64,000 nucleotides of DNA from contig JACPTB010000005.1 of NCBI GenBank assembly GCA_016192995.1, forward strand, positions 133,503 to 197,502, in the 5' to 3' direction. Below the pieces are notes generated by a model, which searched no databases, was not told the origin of the DNA, and was given only the letters and a program-made list of their open reading frames with translations. Source of the stretch: Candidatus Woesearchaeota archaeon (GTDB lineage Archaea; Nanobdellota; Nanobdellia; Woesearchaeales; DSVV01). The number at the start of each line of letters is the position of its first letter. Position 1 is the first letter of the stretch. The position numbers and the translations under genes were made by a program. This document shows positions 29,784 through 40,095 of this stretch, one piece after another.

Positions 29784-30764
29784 TTATTTCTGTACCTGCA
29801 TTGCGCAGCATGCAATATGCTCTTCGATCATTTTTGCTGTTGCACTTCTCCCTAAAATACTCACTGGTTTCTGCAATCCGCTTAATATAGTGCCAATCAT
29901 TTCACAGGTGCTTAATTGTATCAATAAGTGCACAACTATATTCGCAACCTGCAAATTAGGAAATACTAATACATTTGCCTCTCCTTTTAACGGTGATGTT
30001 GGACATTTTCTTGCAGCAGATTTTGGATTGACCGCAGCATCACCCTGCATTTCTCCGTCGACTAAAAACTTGTTCCTGCTTTTGACCAAGGCAACAGCAT
30101 CTTTGACAAACTTAACTTCTGGCTTATCTGCTCCTCCACTGCCATAGGTTGAAAAGGAAAGCAAGGCAACTTTTGGTTCAAAGTCAAACATCTCAGCAAT
30201 CTTTGCTCCATTTTCAGCAATAACAGCTAATTCTTCAACCGTTGGATTTGGATTTAAGCTGCAGTCAGTAATAAATAAAACACGATCATTTTTATTATCC
30301 TTCATAAAAGAAACTTCACTGACTAAAGCATCTTTTTTTCTGAGGATTCTCATAACTGGACTCATTAATGCAGCTGTTGAACAAATACAGGATCCTGCAA
30401 CAGCGTCAGCATAGCCGCAGTAGGCATACATGCAGCCAAAATAATTTTCATCTTCCAAAAGCTGCGCAGCTTCTTCCAATGTCATGCCTTTATGCTGTCT
30501 TAATAGATACAGCTTTTGGATAAATTCTTTTTTAAGCGGAGAATGTTTATAATCGATAATCTCTGTTTTTCCAAGGTCAAAGCCTTTTTCTTTGGATTTT
30601 TTTTTAATTTGATCAGGAGTTCCTAATAATACTAATGAACAGACATTATTTTTAACTAAATTATGGGCAGCTTCAAGAACACGTTCATCCCATCCTTCGC
30701 AAACCACAATTTTGGCTTTTTTCTTTTTTGCCTTTGCAAACATTAAAGCAACAATGTCTTTCAT
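29784..30764 (-). CDS. pta: Phosphate acetyl/butyryltransferase
   Basis: EGWDERVL.AA, DCSLNPNP, ALLSFSTYGSG, DGEMQGDAA, ANVLVFPNL; AGGTGA SD before Met at 30764. Confidence 0.9.
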   Translation of the reverse strand: MKDIVALMFAKAKKKKAKIVVCEGWDERVLEAAHNLVKNNVCSLVLLGTPDQIKKKSKEKGFDLGKTEIIDYKHSPLKKEFIQKLYLLRQHKGMTLEEAAQLLEDENYFGCMYAYCGYADAVAGSCICSTAALMSPVMRILRKKDALVSEVSFMKDNKNDRVLFITDCSLNPNPTVEELAVIAENGAKIAEMFDFEPKVALLSFSTYGSGGADKPEVKFVKDAVALVKSRNKFLVDGEMQGDAAVNPKSAARKCPTSPLKGEANVLVFPNLQVANIVVHLLIQLSTCEMIGTILSGLQKPVSILGRSATAKMIEEHIACCAMQVQK

Positions 30765-30768
30765 GGAA

Positions 30769-31110
30769 TCACCTAAGTATACATTTATCATGTCTCTTTT
30801 TTACTTGTAAAAGAACTTGCAAACCTTGTTTGTATTCTTCTATTGTTTCACTAGAGTCTATACCTTCTTTTGCAGCTTCTTCCATTATTTCACCAACAGT
30901 CAATCCTACTTTATTTGCAGCGTAATCTAATGAGCATTTTCCATCCTTGTACATATCTAAATATTTTTTTAGAAGATATTGTTTTCTTCCAAGCTGTATC
31001 AACTCTTTTAATGCTCTTGTTTTATCTACCTGTTCTTCATGAGCTGTTTTTTCCACCATCTCAACTATATCTTGTTCTAATCGTGCGCCTAAAAATATTA
31101 CTTTAGTCAT
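30769..31110 (-). CDS. UPF0175-family putative antitoxin
   Basis: YKDGKCSLDYAANKVGL motif; next to PIN gene. Confidence 0.75.
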   Translation of the reverse strand: MTKVIFLGARLEQDIVEMVEKTAHEEQVDKTRALKELIQLGRKQYLLKKYLDMYKDGKCSLDYAANKVGLTVGEIMEEAAKEGIDSSETIEEYKQGLQVLLQVKKRHDKCILR

Positions 31111-31606
31111 GCTGTAAATCCTCCTTTATTTTTTCAATCAGATAATGGTTAAACCATCCTTCTTTTTTTAAGACTGAAATGCTCCCCAATGCTTTTTTCA
31201 AGGTAATCTTTTTGCTTTTATAAAGGTGAGTGATAATTGAAAAACTGCTAAACATAGGTAAACTATAAAGTACAGCACATTTTCGAGCTTGTTTACTATC
31301 TGTTGCAAGAGCAAATTCTTTTTTATCAATTGCAACTGCTAAAATAGATGCTTCTCCATTATCCATGTTAAAGTCATATTTAAGTTTAACCATGATCCTT
31401 TTTTTATAATCGATAATAGTCACTTTTCCCTGGTGGTATAATTTTTCAAATAATAATGCATCATAGCGTTTTTTAACTTTACCCATCATTACTTCATCGT
31501 ATATTGCTTGAGTAATATAAACATAGTAGTTTTCAACGAATGTCTCTAGTACTGTTGCTTTTGCTAATAAGATAATAGTGCATGAGTCAACTATGATTTG
31601 TTCCAT
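31103..31606 (-). CDS. PIN-domain protein (DUF3368-like)
   Basis: IVDSCTIILLAK, GEASIL, TDSKQAR. Confidence 0.75.
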   Translation of the reverse strand: MEQIIVDSCTIILLAKATVLETFVENYYVYITQAIYDEVMMGKVKKRYDALLFEKLYHQGKVTIIDYKKRIMVKLKYDFNMDNGEASILAVAIDKKEFALATDSKQARKCAVLYSLPMFSSFSIITHLYKSKKITLKKALGSISVLKKEGWFNHYLIEKIKEDLQHD

Positions 31607-31753
31607 TTAACATTATTTAATATTGTTAAATATTTAAATCTTTCTCTTAAATGCAGGATCTTAGTACACAATTCTTCTTAAAATATTGTTGTATATAACA
31701 ATACTACAATTTATTAAATAATTCTCTCCCTTCCATAAGGATTGGTGATTATT

Positions 31754-31882
31754 ATGGAACAAGCGTCATATGTTATGCATTATGAACAAAATAAGCCAAC
31801 TCCACCACAAACCACACTATCTTATAGTACTATTTGGTGGGTTGTACTCATGGTGCTTATCATAGTATTGTGGTTGCATTGA
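31754..31882 (+). CDS. Small C-terminally anchored membrane protein
   Basis: Not in ORF track; GGTGA SD; MEQASYVMHYEQNKPTPPQTTLSYSTIWWVVLMVLIIVLWLH. Confidence 0.5.
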   Translation: MEQASYVMHYEQNKPTPPQTTLSYSTIWWVVLMVLIIVLWLH

Positions 31883-31981
31883 CATTCTTAAGTGCATAGT
31901 TGAATAACTCTCCTTAGTTGTATGTATATATACAACATCTATTTAAATACAGGTGATTGACTTTATCAATCAGGAGTAACT

Positions 31982-32803
31982 ATGGGGCAAGCAACTGCAG
32001 TAAGAAAAGTTTGGACTATTTTTGATATACATAATACTAGTGTTGTTTATGTGCGTGCTTCTTATGTTCCTTGGTATACAGGCAAGGTTATTTCAAAAGG
32101 ACAAATGATTGATCCCCATAATAGTCCAGGATTTAGGCTTGCATTAGGGAAATCTCAGTTAGCTGTTCAAGATCAATATCAAGAATGGGCAAAGATGCAT
32201 AACAAAGAGATCGGTGACTTAACACCTGATGATGAATTAGAAGCAGAATCACATTTTGTTCTTTCTGGTTTAGAACAATTAACTGCGTTAGAAACTGGAA
32301 GAAGAGATAAAATTAATTTACATGCTGCCAATGCAACCTTTGTTGTTCCCATAGCTGGCGCCAAAGAAGTTTATCAGCATGCATTAGAAGATCGTGCAGT
32401 TGATGGAACTCGTCATCTTGGCTGCGTTGCAGTTATTTCTTCTTCAAAAACAGAACAATCTTCAGCAATAGTCAGATACTTGTTAGGTGATAGAGTATAT
32501 GGAGAATTTGTTCAATCTGGAAGATTAATTGTTGTCAATGCAGTTCGTCCAAATAGAAACCTGATGCGAGATGGAACAACACTGACGCTTCCAGAATATC
32601 AACAACCACTTTCAAAATCAGATCCACAAACATGGTTAACAGCGTATGTCAATGCTGGGATTACAGCGCAAACACCAATAGTGAGGATTTATGAAGATAA
32701 ACCTGCAAATCTTAAAGCAGCGATGCTTGCTGCACAACAACTAGGTCACCATCCAGAAACATATGCTTCAGTAGTTGAGAGAGTGAATCTTCAATCGTTA
32801 TAA
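31982..32803 (+). CDS. HAD-superfamily-like protein (divergent)
   Basis: IFDIHNT (motif I variant), VISS (II), K..P (III), YEDKPANL (IV). Confidence 0.6.
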   Translation: MGQATAVRKVWTIFDIHNTSVVYVRASYVPWYTGKVISKGQMIDPHNSPGFRLALGKSQLAVQDQYQEWAKMHNKEIGDLTPDDELEAESHFVLSGLEQLTALETGRRDKINLHAANATFVVPIAGAKEVYQHALEDRAVDGTRHLGCVAVISSSKTEQSSAIVRYLLGDRVYGEFVQSGRLIVVNAVRPNRNLMRDGTTLTLPEYQQPLSKSDPQTWLTAYVNAGITAQTPIVRIYEDKPANLKAAMLAAQQLGHHPETYASVVERVNLQSL

Positions 32804-32833
32804 TTAGAAAACTTCAACAACAATGATAATAAC

Positions 32834-34342
32834 ATGGAATACACTCAAGGCTCATTGGAAAAAAATAAAAGAAATATTAATAACATTCAGTGGTATCATC
32901 AGCGTTTTGATGGCTGTCCTTTTTTCCTCCATGTTATTTCAGAAGCAGAATCAACTAATGAACAGCGAAAACATGGTTGGATATTTCAGCATAAGGTATG
33001 CTTTTACCATAATGATCGGGCAGATTGGTATATCGACATGCTTTCTATCAATAAAATTGCCAAAGAAATGCTCGAAGAATTGCAGCAAAATCCTTATTTA
33101 AGCAAACAATTAATTGCAGCATGGTATGAAGATGACAACAAATTTTATGAGATTTGTAAGAGCATAGATCGCCTTGAGGTGAATATATTGTCAGACAAAG
33201 AATTGTTTGAGTTATTCAAAATATTCTGCCAGCAAACAATAAAGCGAGAAACCTCAAGTTCAATTATAGACGGTTTTGCACTAGGTTCAGATACTTTTGT
33301 TGCAGAGCAGATTCAAGATTTTCTTAAGATTAAAGGCAGAGAAAAAGAATTCACTAAACTCTTTCCTATCTTAACAGCGCCAACAAAACAATCTTTTATC
33401 AATGAAGCTGAAGTAAGCTTGTTAAAAATAGCATTTCTTAAAAAAGACCATCAACAATATGCTGATTGCCTTAAAGATCATCAAGAGCGCTATTTCTGGA
33501 GTAAAAATAATTATGTTCAAGCGCATTATTTAGATCAAGCTTATTTTGAAAAAGAGATTAACCATCTATTGAACGACCACAAGACAAAGGAAGATTTACA
33601 ACAGCACATTGATAAGCTTGAAAGAACGCCAATAAAAAATAAAGAAGCAAAAACTAAATTAATTAAAGAACTACCGTTATCACCTTACATTATTAGTTTG
33701 CTTACCATATCAGATGACTTTACTTGGTGGCAGGATGAACGAAAAAAATCGACGTATTGGTATATTCATTATGGATGCAAGCTTTTGGAAGAGATTGCAA
33801 AGCGAAAAGGATTTACCCTTCATCAATTAAAGTATACAACTCCTCCAGAAATTTTATCAATGCTGGAAGGAAAAACGCATTACACACACGATCAACTTAA
33901 TGCAAGAATTAAAGAATGCGCATATTATTGGAATCCAGATCAATTTGAATGTATTACTGATAAAAAACAACTTGAAGAATTAAAAAATATTATTCTTAAA
34001 AAACAAGATTACTCCAAAATTACCTCATTTAAAGGGCTCTGCGCTAATTCAGGAAAAGTTAACGGTATGGTTAAAATTGTTAAAAGCGCAACAGAAGTTC
34101 ACAAAATTGAAAAAGGAGATATTCTTGTAGCAGTTATGACAAGACCAGATTATATTACTGGCATGAAAAAAGCAGCAGCCATTGTTACTAACGAGGGCGG
34201 AATTACCTGTCATGCAGCAATTGTCAGCAGGGAGATTAATATTCCCTGCATTATCGGCACAAAGATTGCAACTGAAGTGTTAAAAGATGGTATGATGATT
34301 GAAGTTGATGCGAATAATGGCATAGTTAAGATATTAAATTAA
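32834..34342 (+). CDS. PEP-utilizer phosphohistidine swivel-domain protein, no ATP-grasp domain
   Basis: GDILVAVMTRP, VTNEGGITCHAAIVSRE.NIPC; about 390-aa helical N-terminal region. Confidence 0.88.
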   Translation: MEYTQGSLEKNKRNINNIQWYHQRFDGCPFFLHVISEAESTNEQRKHGWIFQHKVCFYHNDRADWYIDMLSINKIAKEMLEELQQNPYLSKQLIAAWYEDDNKFYEICKSIDRLEVNILSDKELFELFKIFCQQTIKRETSSSIIDGFALGSDTFVAEQIQDFLKIKGREKEFTKLFPILTAPTKQSFINEAEVSLLKIAFLKKDHQQYADCLKDHQERYFWSKNNYVQAHYLDQAYFEKEINHLLNDHKTKEDLQQHIDKLERTPIKNKEAKTKLIKELPLSPYIISLLTISDDFTWWQDERKKSTYWYIHYGCKLLEEIAKRKGFTLHQLKYTTPPEILSMLEGKTHYTHDQLNARIKECAYYWNPDQFECITDKKQLEELKNIILKKQDYSKITSFKGLCANSGKVNGMVKIVKSATEVHKIEKGDILVAVMTRPDYITGMKKAAAIVTNEGGITCHAAIVSREINIPCIIGTKIATEVLKDGMMIEVDANNGIVKILN

Positions 34343-34356
34343 TCACGATTGATATT

Positions 34357-35922
34357 ATGAATATAAATATCCGAGAATTAGCTCATCAGAAATGGAGCAT
34401 ACAGGGATTTAATGCCTGCGCTAATTATATTTCTCTTGCAGGAATGTCCGGAATAGAGGACATGCATAAAGTATTAGGTTATGGGTATACACAGATTCTT
34501 CTTGCTTTTAAAAAAGATTATCTTGAATTCCACTATCTTGAAAAGGATTTTCAAGATATCGGCGCTGAATTCATGAAGCGCTATCGTCAAAATGAAAATT
34601 ATTTTACTAGTCTTCTTGGCAAAGATAAGGAATTCAATGAACAATCATCAAAAGTATATCAAGAAATTAAACAACAGCTTTTGTTACATGATAGAAATAC
34701 ATCAAAATGGTCAAAAGAAGATATTATCAGACTGCATCATCAAGCTTTTGAAGCATACCATAATGCGTTATCAGTCGCTCATATTATTGAAGGCATTACC
34801 TATGTTTTGGAAAAAGAAATACTCAGCCTATTAATCAAAGAACTTCAACTTAATGATACAAAACACGCTGCAAAAATAATGAATGAATTAAGCCAGCCAA
34901 TACGACCTTCATTTATTACCGAAGAACATATTGATCTCTTGAAAATTCTTAATATAATTGTTAATAATAATGAGATTCTCTCATTGTTTAAAACTAAAAA
35001 AACAGAAGAAATATTTGTTTTACTTCCTGAAACTTTGAAGAAAAAAATAGAGCAGCATGCAGAAACATATTTTTATTATCAGCTTAATTATTATCATGCT
35101 GAAAGTCTGAAGCCATTAGATTATGTTAAAGAATTACGGGAAATGATTTTACAAGAAACTGATCCACAACAACAAATTACGCAGGAAATACAGCGTTATA
35201 AAGAAAATATAACTCGGCGGGATCAAAAATTAAAAGAATTAAAACTAAGTCAAGAAGCAAAGCAACTTCTTGATCTTTCTGTTGAAATTCTTCATTGGCA
35301 GGATGACAGAAAAAAATTCATTCTTATTGGAGCTTATTATATGCATAAAACCCTTAAGCTCATTGCAGATACTTTTGCAATCCCCCTGGAATTGCTCAAA
35401 CGTTTACATCCTCCAGAAATAACTCTTGAACTATTGCACCATTTTGATGAAGCAGCAATAAAAAAGCGTGTCGATCATTTCATCTTATTTCATTGGTATG
35501 ATGATAACCATAAACAGATGAAAACAAAAGTATTTGATGAAACTGAATATAATTTTTTTATGGAGCAATGTCGCAAACAACATAACCAGATTGAAGATCT
35601 TCATGGTTTAAGCGCAAGTACCGGAAAAGCAATAGGAAAAGTAAGAATCTGTAAAACAAAAGAAGATATTGCGTTGTTTGAGCAAGGTGAAATTCTTGTA
35701 GCAAGTATGACAAGACCTGAATTTATTCCAGCAATGAAAAAAGCAGCAGCAATAGTAACTGATGAAGGAGGAATAACTTGTCATGCTGCAATTATCAGTC
35801 GTGAATTAAATATTCCCTGTGTTATCGGAACAAAAATTGCTACAAAAATTCTGAAAAATGGCATGATGGTTGAAGTCAGAGCAAATCACGGATTGGTTAA
35901 GATAATTTCATTAATCCTCTAA
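34357..35922 (+). CDS. PEP-utilizer phosphohistidine swivel-domain protein, no ATP-grasp domain
   Basis: GEILVASMTRP, VTDEGGITCHAAIISRELNIPC. Confidence 0.88.
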   Translation: MNINIRELAHQKWSIQGFNACANYISLAGMSGIEDMHKVLGYGYTQILLAFKKDYLEFHYLEKDFQDIGAEFMKRYRQNENYFTSLLGKDKEFNEQSSKVYQEIKQQLLLHDRNTSKWSKEDIIRLHHQAFEAYHNALSVAHIIEGITYVLEKEILSLLIKELQLNDTKHAAKIMNELSQPIRPSFITEEHIDLLKILNIIVNNNEILSLFKTKKTEEIFVLLPETLKKKIEQHAETYFYYQLNYYHAESLKPLDYVKELREMILQETDPQQQITQEIQRYKENITRRDQKLKELKLSQEAKQLLDLSVEILHWQDDRKKFILIGAYYMHKTLKLIADTFAIPLELLKRLHPPEITLELLHHFDEAAIKKRVDHFILFHWYDDNHKQMKTKVFDETEYNFFMEQCRKQHNQIEDLHGLSASTGKAIGKVRICKTKEDIALFEQGEILVASMTRPEFIPAMKKAAAIVTDEGGITCHAAIISRELNIPCVIGTKIATKILKNGMMVEVRANHGLVKIISLIL

Positions 35923-36108
35923 ATTCTTGAATATAATTTCCATATTTTCAGATCCAGTTCCAATCAAATTCTCTTTAGCTAATATATCAAAAAATTCAAA
36001 ATAACGTACTCCTGCAATTTCAGCTCCTTCTCGTATGGTGCATTTACCTTCTTTATAACAGGTAATTGCTTTTTCTCTGACTTTTATATTTTTCGATTTT
36101 TTCCACAT
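35911..36108 (-). pseudogene. UPF0175-family fragment
   Basis: YKEGKCTIREGAEIAGV motif; N-terminus appears missing; antisense within the PEP-utilizer cluster. Confidence 0.5.
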
Positions 36109-36143
36109 AACATTTATATTTAATCTAAATTCTTCCTATTTTG

Positions 36144-37601
36144 ATGATGGTTACTTGGAAATGGGAATTTCAGAGAAATATGGATATAATTAAACGATTA
36201 GGATTTGCTCCTTCTTTTGCAGAATTTACGGGAATATGTGCTTATACCAGCAGGAATGGCAATATCAATTTTTATTGGAATGTTGAAGGAGCTGATAAAA
36301 AATCACTTGCATTAGTTGAAGCCATTAAAGCAGACTCCTCTTTTACCGAAAACTGGGTGCATGACCTTAATAAAAAAGCAGAACAGTGGAAGAAATTCAC
36401 TGAAACTATTTATTTAACAAATTTAACAAATCCAGCAAAACTTTCAGATACAGAACTCTTTACTTTTTATCAACAATTCCTTGATTTACATCCGCAAATT
36501 GCTTCATTTGCAGCATGGATTAGAATAATTATTCATCAAGGGGTTCTTACTTTTGAGAAAATACTGAAAGAAAAAATAAAAGATGAGGCTGAATATAAAA
36601 ATGCATTAACGGTTTTGACTTCAACACCAAAACAAAGTTTTAATGGAGAAGAAGAGGAAGCTTTTTTAGAACTTGCATTTAACATTTTAAATAAAGAGCA
36701 GAATTTTGAAGAACTTAATGAACTCTCTCAACCATCATTAGCTCTTCTCACAAAACATCGGAATAATTATTGCTGGATTCCATGCGGTTATTATGATGAA
36801 CCAGCGCATGATTTAGATTATTATTTTCATCGATTGCTCCGTGTGAAGAAAGATCGAGTGCATTCACGACAAGCGTTAAGCACCTTGCAGGAACTATCTG
36901 AGCTTATTGAACAAAAACAATATGTCCTTTTGCAGAATCTTAAACTCAGCAAAGAAGCTCTGCGTTTAATGGAATGCCTCCAGGAATGTGTTTATTACAA
37001 AGATTATGTTCGAGGAGTTCTCAATAAAGGCTATTATCTTTGCTATCCTTTGTTTGAAGAATTAGGGAAACGCGTGAAGCTAAGCATGCTTGATGTCAAA
37101 TTTTTGCTTGAGGAAGAATATGAACAAGCATTGTTTTCCAAAACAGATTTTACCGCCTTGATAAGCAAGCGAAAAAAGTTCCATATAATGGTTGTTGAAA
37201 AGGGAAAACCAATTAAGCTGATGTATGGGAAAGAAGCAGAACAATTAGTTCAGGAAATTGAAGGCAAGCTTGATGACGTTAAAGAAATCAAAGGCATGTC
37301 TGCAAGTCCAGGCTACGCTAAAGCGAGAGTAAGAATTTTGAAAAATCCAGCAGACATACAGAATGAAACTCATGATTTTATCCTCGTTGCCAGCATGACA
37401 ACACCTGAATTTATTGTAGCCATGCAAAAAGCATTGGCTATTGTAACTGATGAAGGCGGTATAACCTGCCATGCAGCGATAGTTGCCCGGGAGATGAACA
37501 AACCTTGTGTTATAGGCACTAAATTAGCCAGTAAAGTTCTTAAGGATGGTATGATTGTAGAAGTTGATGCTGATAGAGGGATTATCAAGATAGTTTCTTA
37601 G
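36144..37601 (+). CDS. PEP-utilizer phosphohistidine swivel-domain protein, no ATP-grasp domain
   Basis: ILVASMTTP, VTDEGGITCHAAIVAREMNKPC; start uncertain. Confidence 0.85.
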   Translation: MMVTWKWEFQRNMDIIKRLGFAPSFAEFTGICAYTSRNGNINFYWNVEGADKKSLALVEAIKADSSFTENWVHDLNKKAEQWKKFTETIYLTNLTNPAKLSDTELFTFYQQFLDLHPQIASFAAWIRIIIHQGVLTFEKILKEKIKDEAEYKNALTVLTSTPKQSFNGEEEEAFLELAFNILNKEQNFEELNELSQPSLALLTKHRNNYCWIPCGYYDEPAHDLDYYFHRLLRVKKDRVHSRQALSTLQELSELIEQKQYVLLQNLKLSKEALRLMECLQECVYYKDYVRGVLNKGYYLCYPLFEELGKRVKLSMLDVKFLLEEEYEQALFSKTDFTALISKRKKFHIMVVEKGKPIKLMYGKEAEQLVQEIEGKLDDVKEIKGMSASPGYAKARVRILKNPADIQNETHDFILVASMTTPEFIVAMQKALAIVTDEGGITCHAAIVAREMNKPCVIGTKLASKVLKDGMIVEVDADRGIIKIVS

Positions 37602-37651
37602 AACGTACAGTTAATCTAAAATTATTTAAATCCATTCATAATTAGTATGGT

Positions 37652-38485
37652 ATGGAATTAATTATCATTATTCTTGCACTAGCTGCGTTAGCAATCGGCT
37701 CGTATACTGATATTAAATCTCGAGAAGTGCCTGATGTAATCAATTATGGTCTTGTTTTTCTCGGTGTTGGATTAGGAATAGTTTTTTCAATTATTAGCAA
37801 AGATTGGCATATTCTTCTCAATAGTTTACTTGGTTTCTTGATTATGTTTATTTTTGGAGCAGTTATGTTTTATACAGGACAATGGGGCGGCGGAGATGCT
37901 AAGATGCTGATGGGCATTGGAGCATTGGTTGGATTAGAAGCATCCATTAAAACATGGTTAACTAACATCCCTTTTCTTTTTTTTTTCATAGGATTAGTAC
38001 TGATTGTTGGGGGAGGTTATGGATTAATCTGGGGTATAGTAATAGGAATCCAGCATAAGAAACAATTTCTTGAAGAAGTAAAGAAGCGTTTGTATCAATC
38101 AACTATTAAAAGAACAAAGGTAATTTTAGTTATCGCAAGCCTGCTCTTGATTGGCTATTCCTTTACCTTAACGTTCTATTTACGCCTGCTTGTTTTAATC
38201 TTAGTTCTTTTATTATTAGTATCATTTTATTTAATTATATTTATTAAAATCATCGAAGAACTTGGCATGGTTAAAGAAATCCCTCTTTCTCAACTTACCG
38301 AAGGGGATTGGATTAATAAAGAAATTAAAGTTAAGGGAAAATATATTGCAGGACCTAAAGATTTAGGAGTGAGCAAAGAACAAATAGCTTTACTTAAGAA
38401 ACTAAATATAAAAAAAGTAGAAGTGAAATATGGTATGCCTTTTGTACCTGCATTTTTAGTGGCATTTATTATTGCGTTGATCTAA
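37652..38485 (+). CDS. Prepilin/preflagellin peptidase (A24)
   Basis: TDIKSREVP, WGGGDAK, L.EGD insertion domain, MPFVPAF. Confidence 0.9.
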   Translation: MELIIIILALAALAIGSYTDIKSREVPDVINYGLVFLGVGLGIVFSIISKDWHILLNSLLGFLIMFIFGAVMFYTGQWGGGDAKMLMGIGALVGLEASIKTWLTNIPFLFFFIGLVLIVGGGYGLIWGIVIGIQHKKQFLEEVKKRLYQSTIKRTKVILVIASLLLIGYSFTLTFYLRLLVLILVLLLLVSFYLIIFIKIIEELGMVKEIPLSQLTEGDWINKEIKVKGKYIAGPKDLGVSKEQIALLKKLNIKKVEVKYGMPFVPAFLVAFIIALI

Positions 38486-39092
38486 TATGCTTTATTTTAA
38501 CAGCATATTTATAAGCAATGTACAAGGGTTCTGGCAATTTATGACCTTGTAAATATTGTTTTGTTAATTCTACAGCAGTTTTTAAGCTGATTTTATTGCC
38601 TTGTGAAACATACAAGGGTTTTGCTTTTTCTTTCGTTGGGATGATTTTTGCAACGACTTCTTTATGCACAACAACAGTATCTCCTGTTTTTTGACCAAAA
38701 AGTTGTTTTGAGGAAACACCAATGGTTGGAGTGTCAGTTAATAAGCCGATATAACTAGCAGTACCCATTTTCCGAGGATGCAATATTCCTGTGCCTTCTA
38801 TAAAGAAAAAATCCGGTTTTTTTGTTACTTTTTCATATGCCATCATCACGGTTGGTCCTTCCCTAAAACAAATAAATTCAGGAGAATGCTTGAAAGCTGC
38901 TTCTTGTGAAGCTGAAACTCTCTCAATAACTACTTTTTTTGCTGCATCGTAAATGACAATGGCAGTGATGATCATTTCACCACTATACATTGTTGCTATT
39001 GCACCAATAAGAGAGCTGCATTCGATATTATCAACTAAGAGCAACTTCTCTGCAAGTTTATCCTGCTCATTTCGCAATTTTTCTAGATTCAT
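38469..39092 (-). CDS. Endonuclease V-like protein with a degenerate active site
   Basis: FRE, G.GILHPR.MG.AS.IG, PTIGV, YVS.G, KLPEP motifs; catalytic Asp positions altered. Confidence 0.85.
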   Translation of the reverse strand: MNLEKLRNEQDKLAEKLLLVDNIECSSLIGAIATMYSGEMIITAIVIYDAAKKVVIERVSASQEAAFKHSPEFICFREGPTVMMAYEKVTKKPDFFFIEGTGILHPRKMGTASYIGLLTDTPTIGVSSKQLFGQKTGDTVVVHKEVVAKIIPTKEKAKPLYVSQGNKISLKTAVELTKQYLQGHKLPEPLYIAYKYAVKIKHIRSTQ

Positions 39093-39097
39093 GGTTA

Positions 39098-40015
39098 CTA
39101 ATCAAATACTTTTTTTAATTTTTTCTTCACTATTTTTTCTTCCTTCAAAATGAAGCGTTTTTCTCGAATAAAAAAAGCTGCCAAACCTGCAATACTGATC
39201 ATTATAACCGTTGCTGTCGTAATAATTTCCTTGTAGGTATGCACTTTTGTTTCAATAAGAGCTGCGCCAAATATTAACACAACTGCCATAGCAAGAAATA
39301 TACCAGCATCAGTCACAATATGATTGAATTTTTCTGAAAAAAGCTTTTCCCTTAATACTGCTTTTGAAATAACACCGCCAACAATTGCTGCTGAAAGGTA
39401 TGCTGTTGTTTCTCCAATCAAATGCGGCAAAATAGGAATTATTTCAATAAAAAAGGTTTCTGGTGTTTTAAATGCAACCCCAAACACAATTCCCCATACT
39501 GAAGCGTTCCATGCTAAAAACAATACTGAACCAGCCCCATAGACTAAAGATAGGATAAAGCAAACAAATAACACTAAGAGATTATTCATAAAAATCTCTA
39601 TCATAAATGGATCTAAACCAAAAGCTTTTCCTGTGTAGCCAGCCGCCTGCAATTGAGATGAAAATGCTTGATAAGTATATATTTCTGGCATAAGCAAGGC
39701 AATGCCAGCAAAGATGATAAAAACACCCATAAACATGAAAAAATAGATTTCAAATATGTCAGCATGATCTTTGAGAAGCAATCTCAAAGAGAGTTTTTTC
39801 TCCCGGATTTCCCGATTTTCTTCATCACTTAAGAGCTTATTTAAAGAAGGAATCAGTAATATTGCCGTAAAAGCTACTGACATTATGCTTGAACTATTAG
39901 GAAAGATTATTCTTGCACTGATAATACCTATGCTTGCATAGATAACACCGAGAACAAATGCATAGAGGGGTCTTTTTTCAAGCCAATTTGCTTTGAAAAG
40001 CTGTTCTAAAACCAT
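39098..40015 (-). CDS. SpoIIM-like membrane protein
   Basis: IFMNNL, WNASVWG, LPHLIGE motifs; start moved to Met15. Confidence 0.75.
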   Translation of the reverse strand: MVLEQLFKANWLEKRPLYAFVLGVIYASIGIISARIIFPNSSSIMSVAFTAILLIPSLNKLLSDEENREIREKKLSLRLLLKDHADIFEIYFFMFMGVFIIFAGIALLMPEIYTYQAFSSQLQAAGYTGKAFGLDPFMIEIFMNNLLVLFVCFILSLVYGAGSVLFLAWNASVWGIVFGVAFKTPETFFIEIIPILPHLIGETTAYLSAAIVGGVISKAVLREKLFSEKFNHIVTDAGIFLAMAVVLIFGAALIETKVHTYKEIITTATVIMISIAGLAAFFIREKRFILKEEKIVKKKLKKVFD

Positions 40016-40095
40016 ATGATGTTTATGATAAGCACTTTTTATATAGTTTTTCATCATAATGATACTATTTTCTACAAAAAGAAATTATGATTCCT

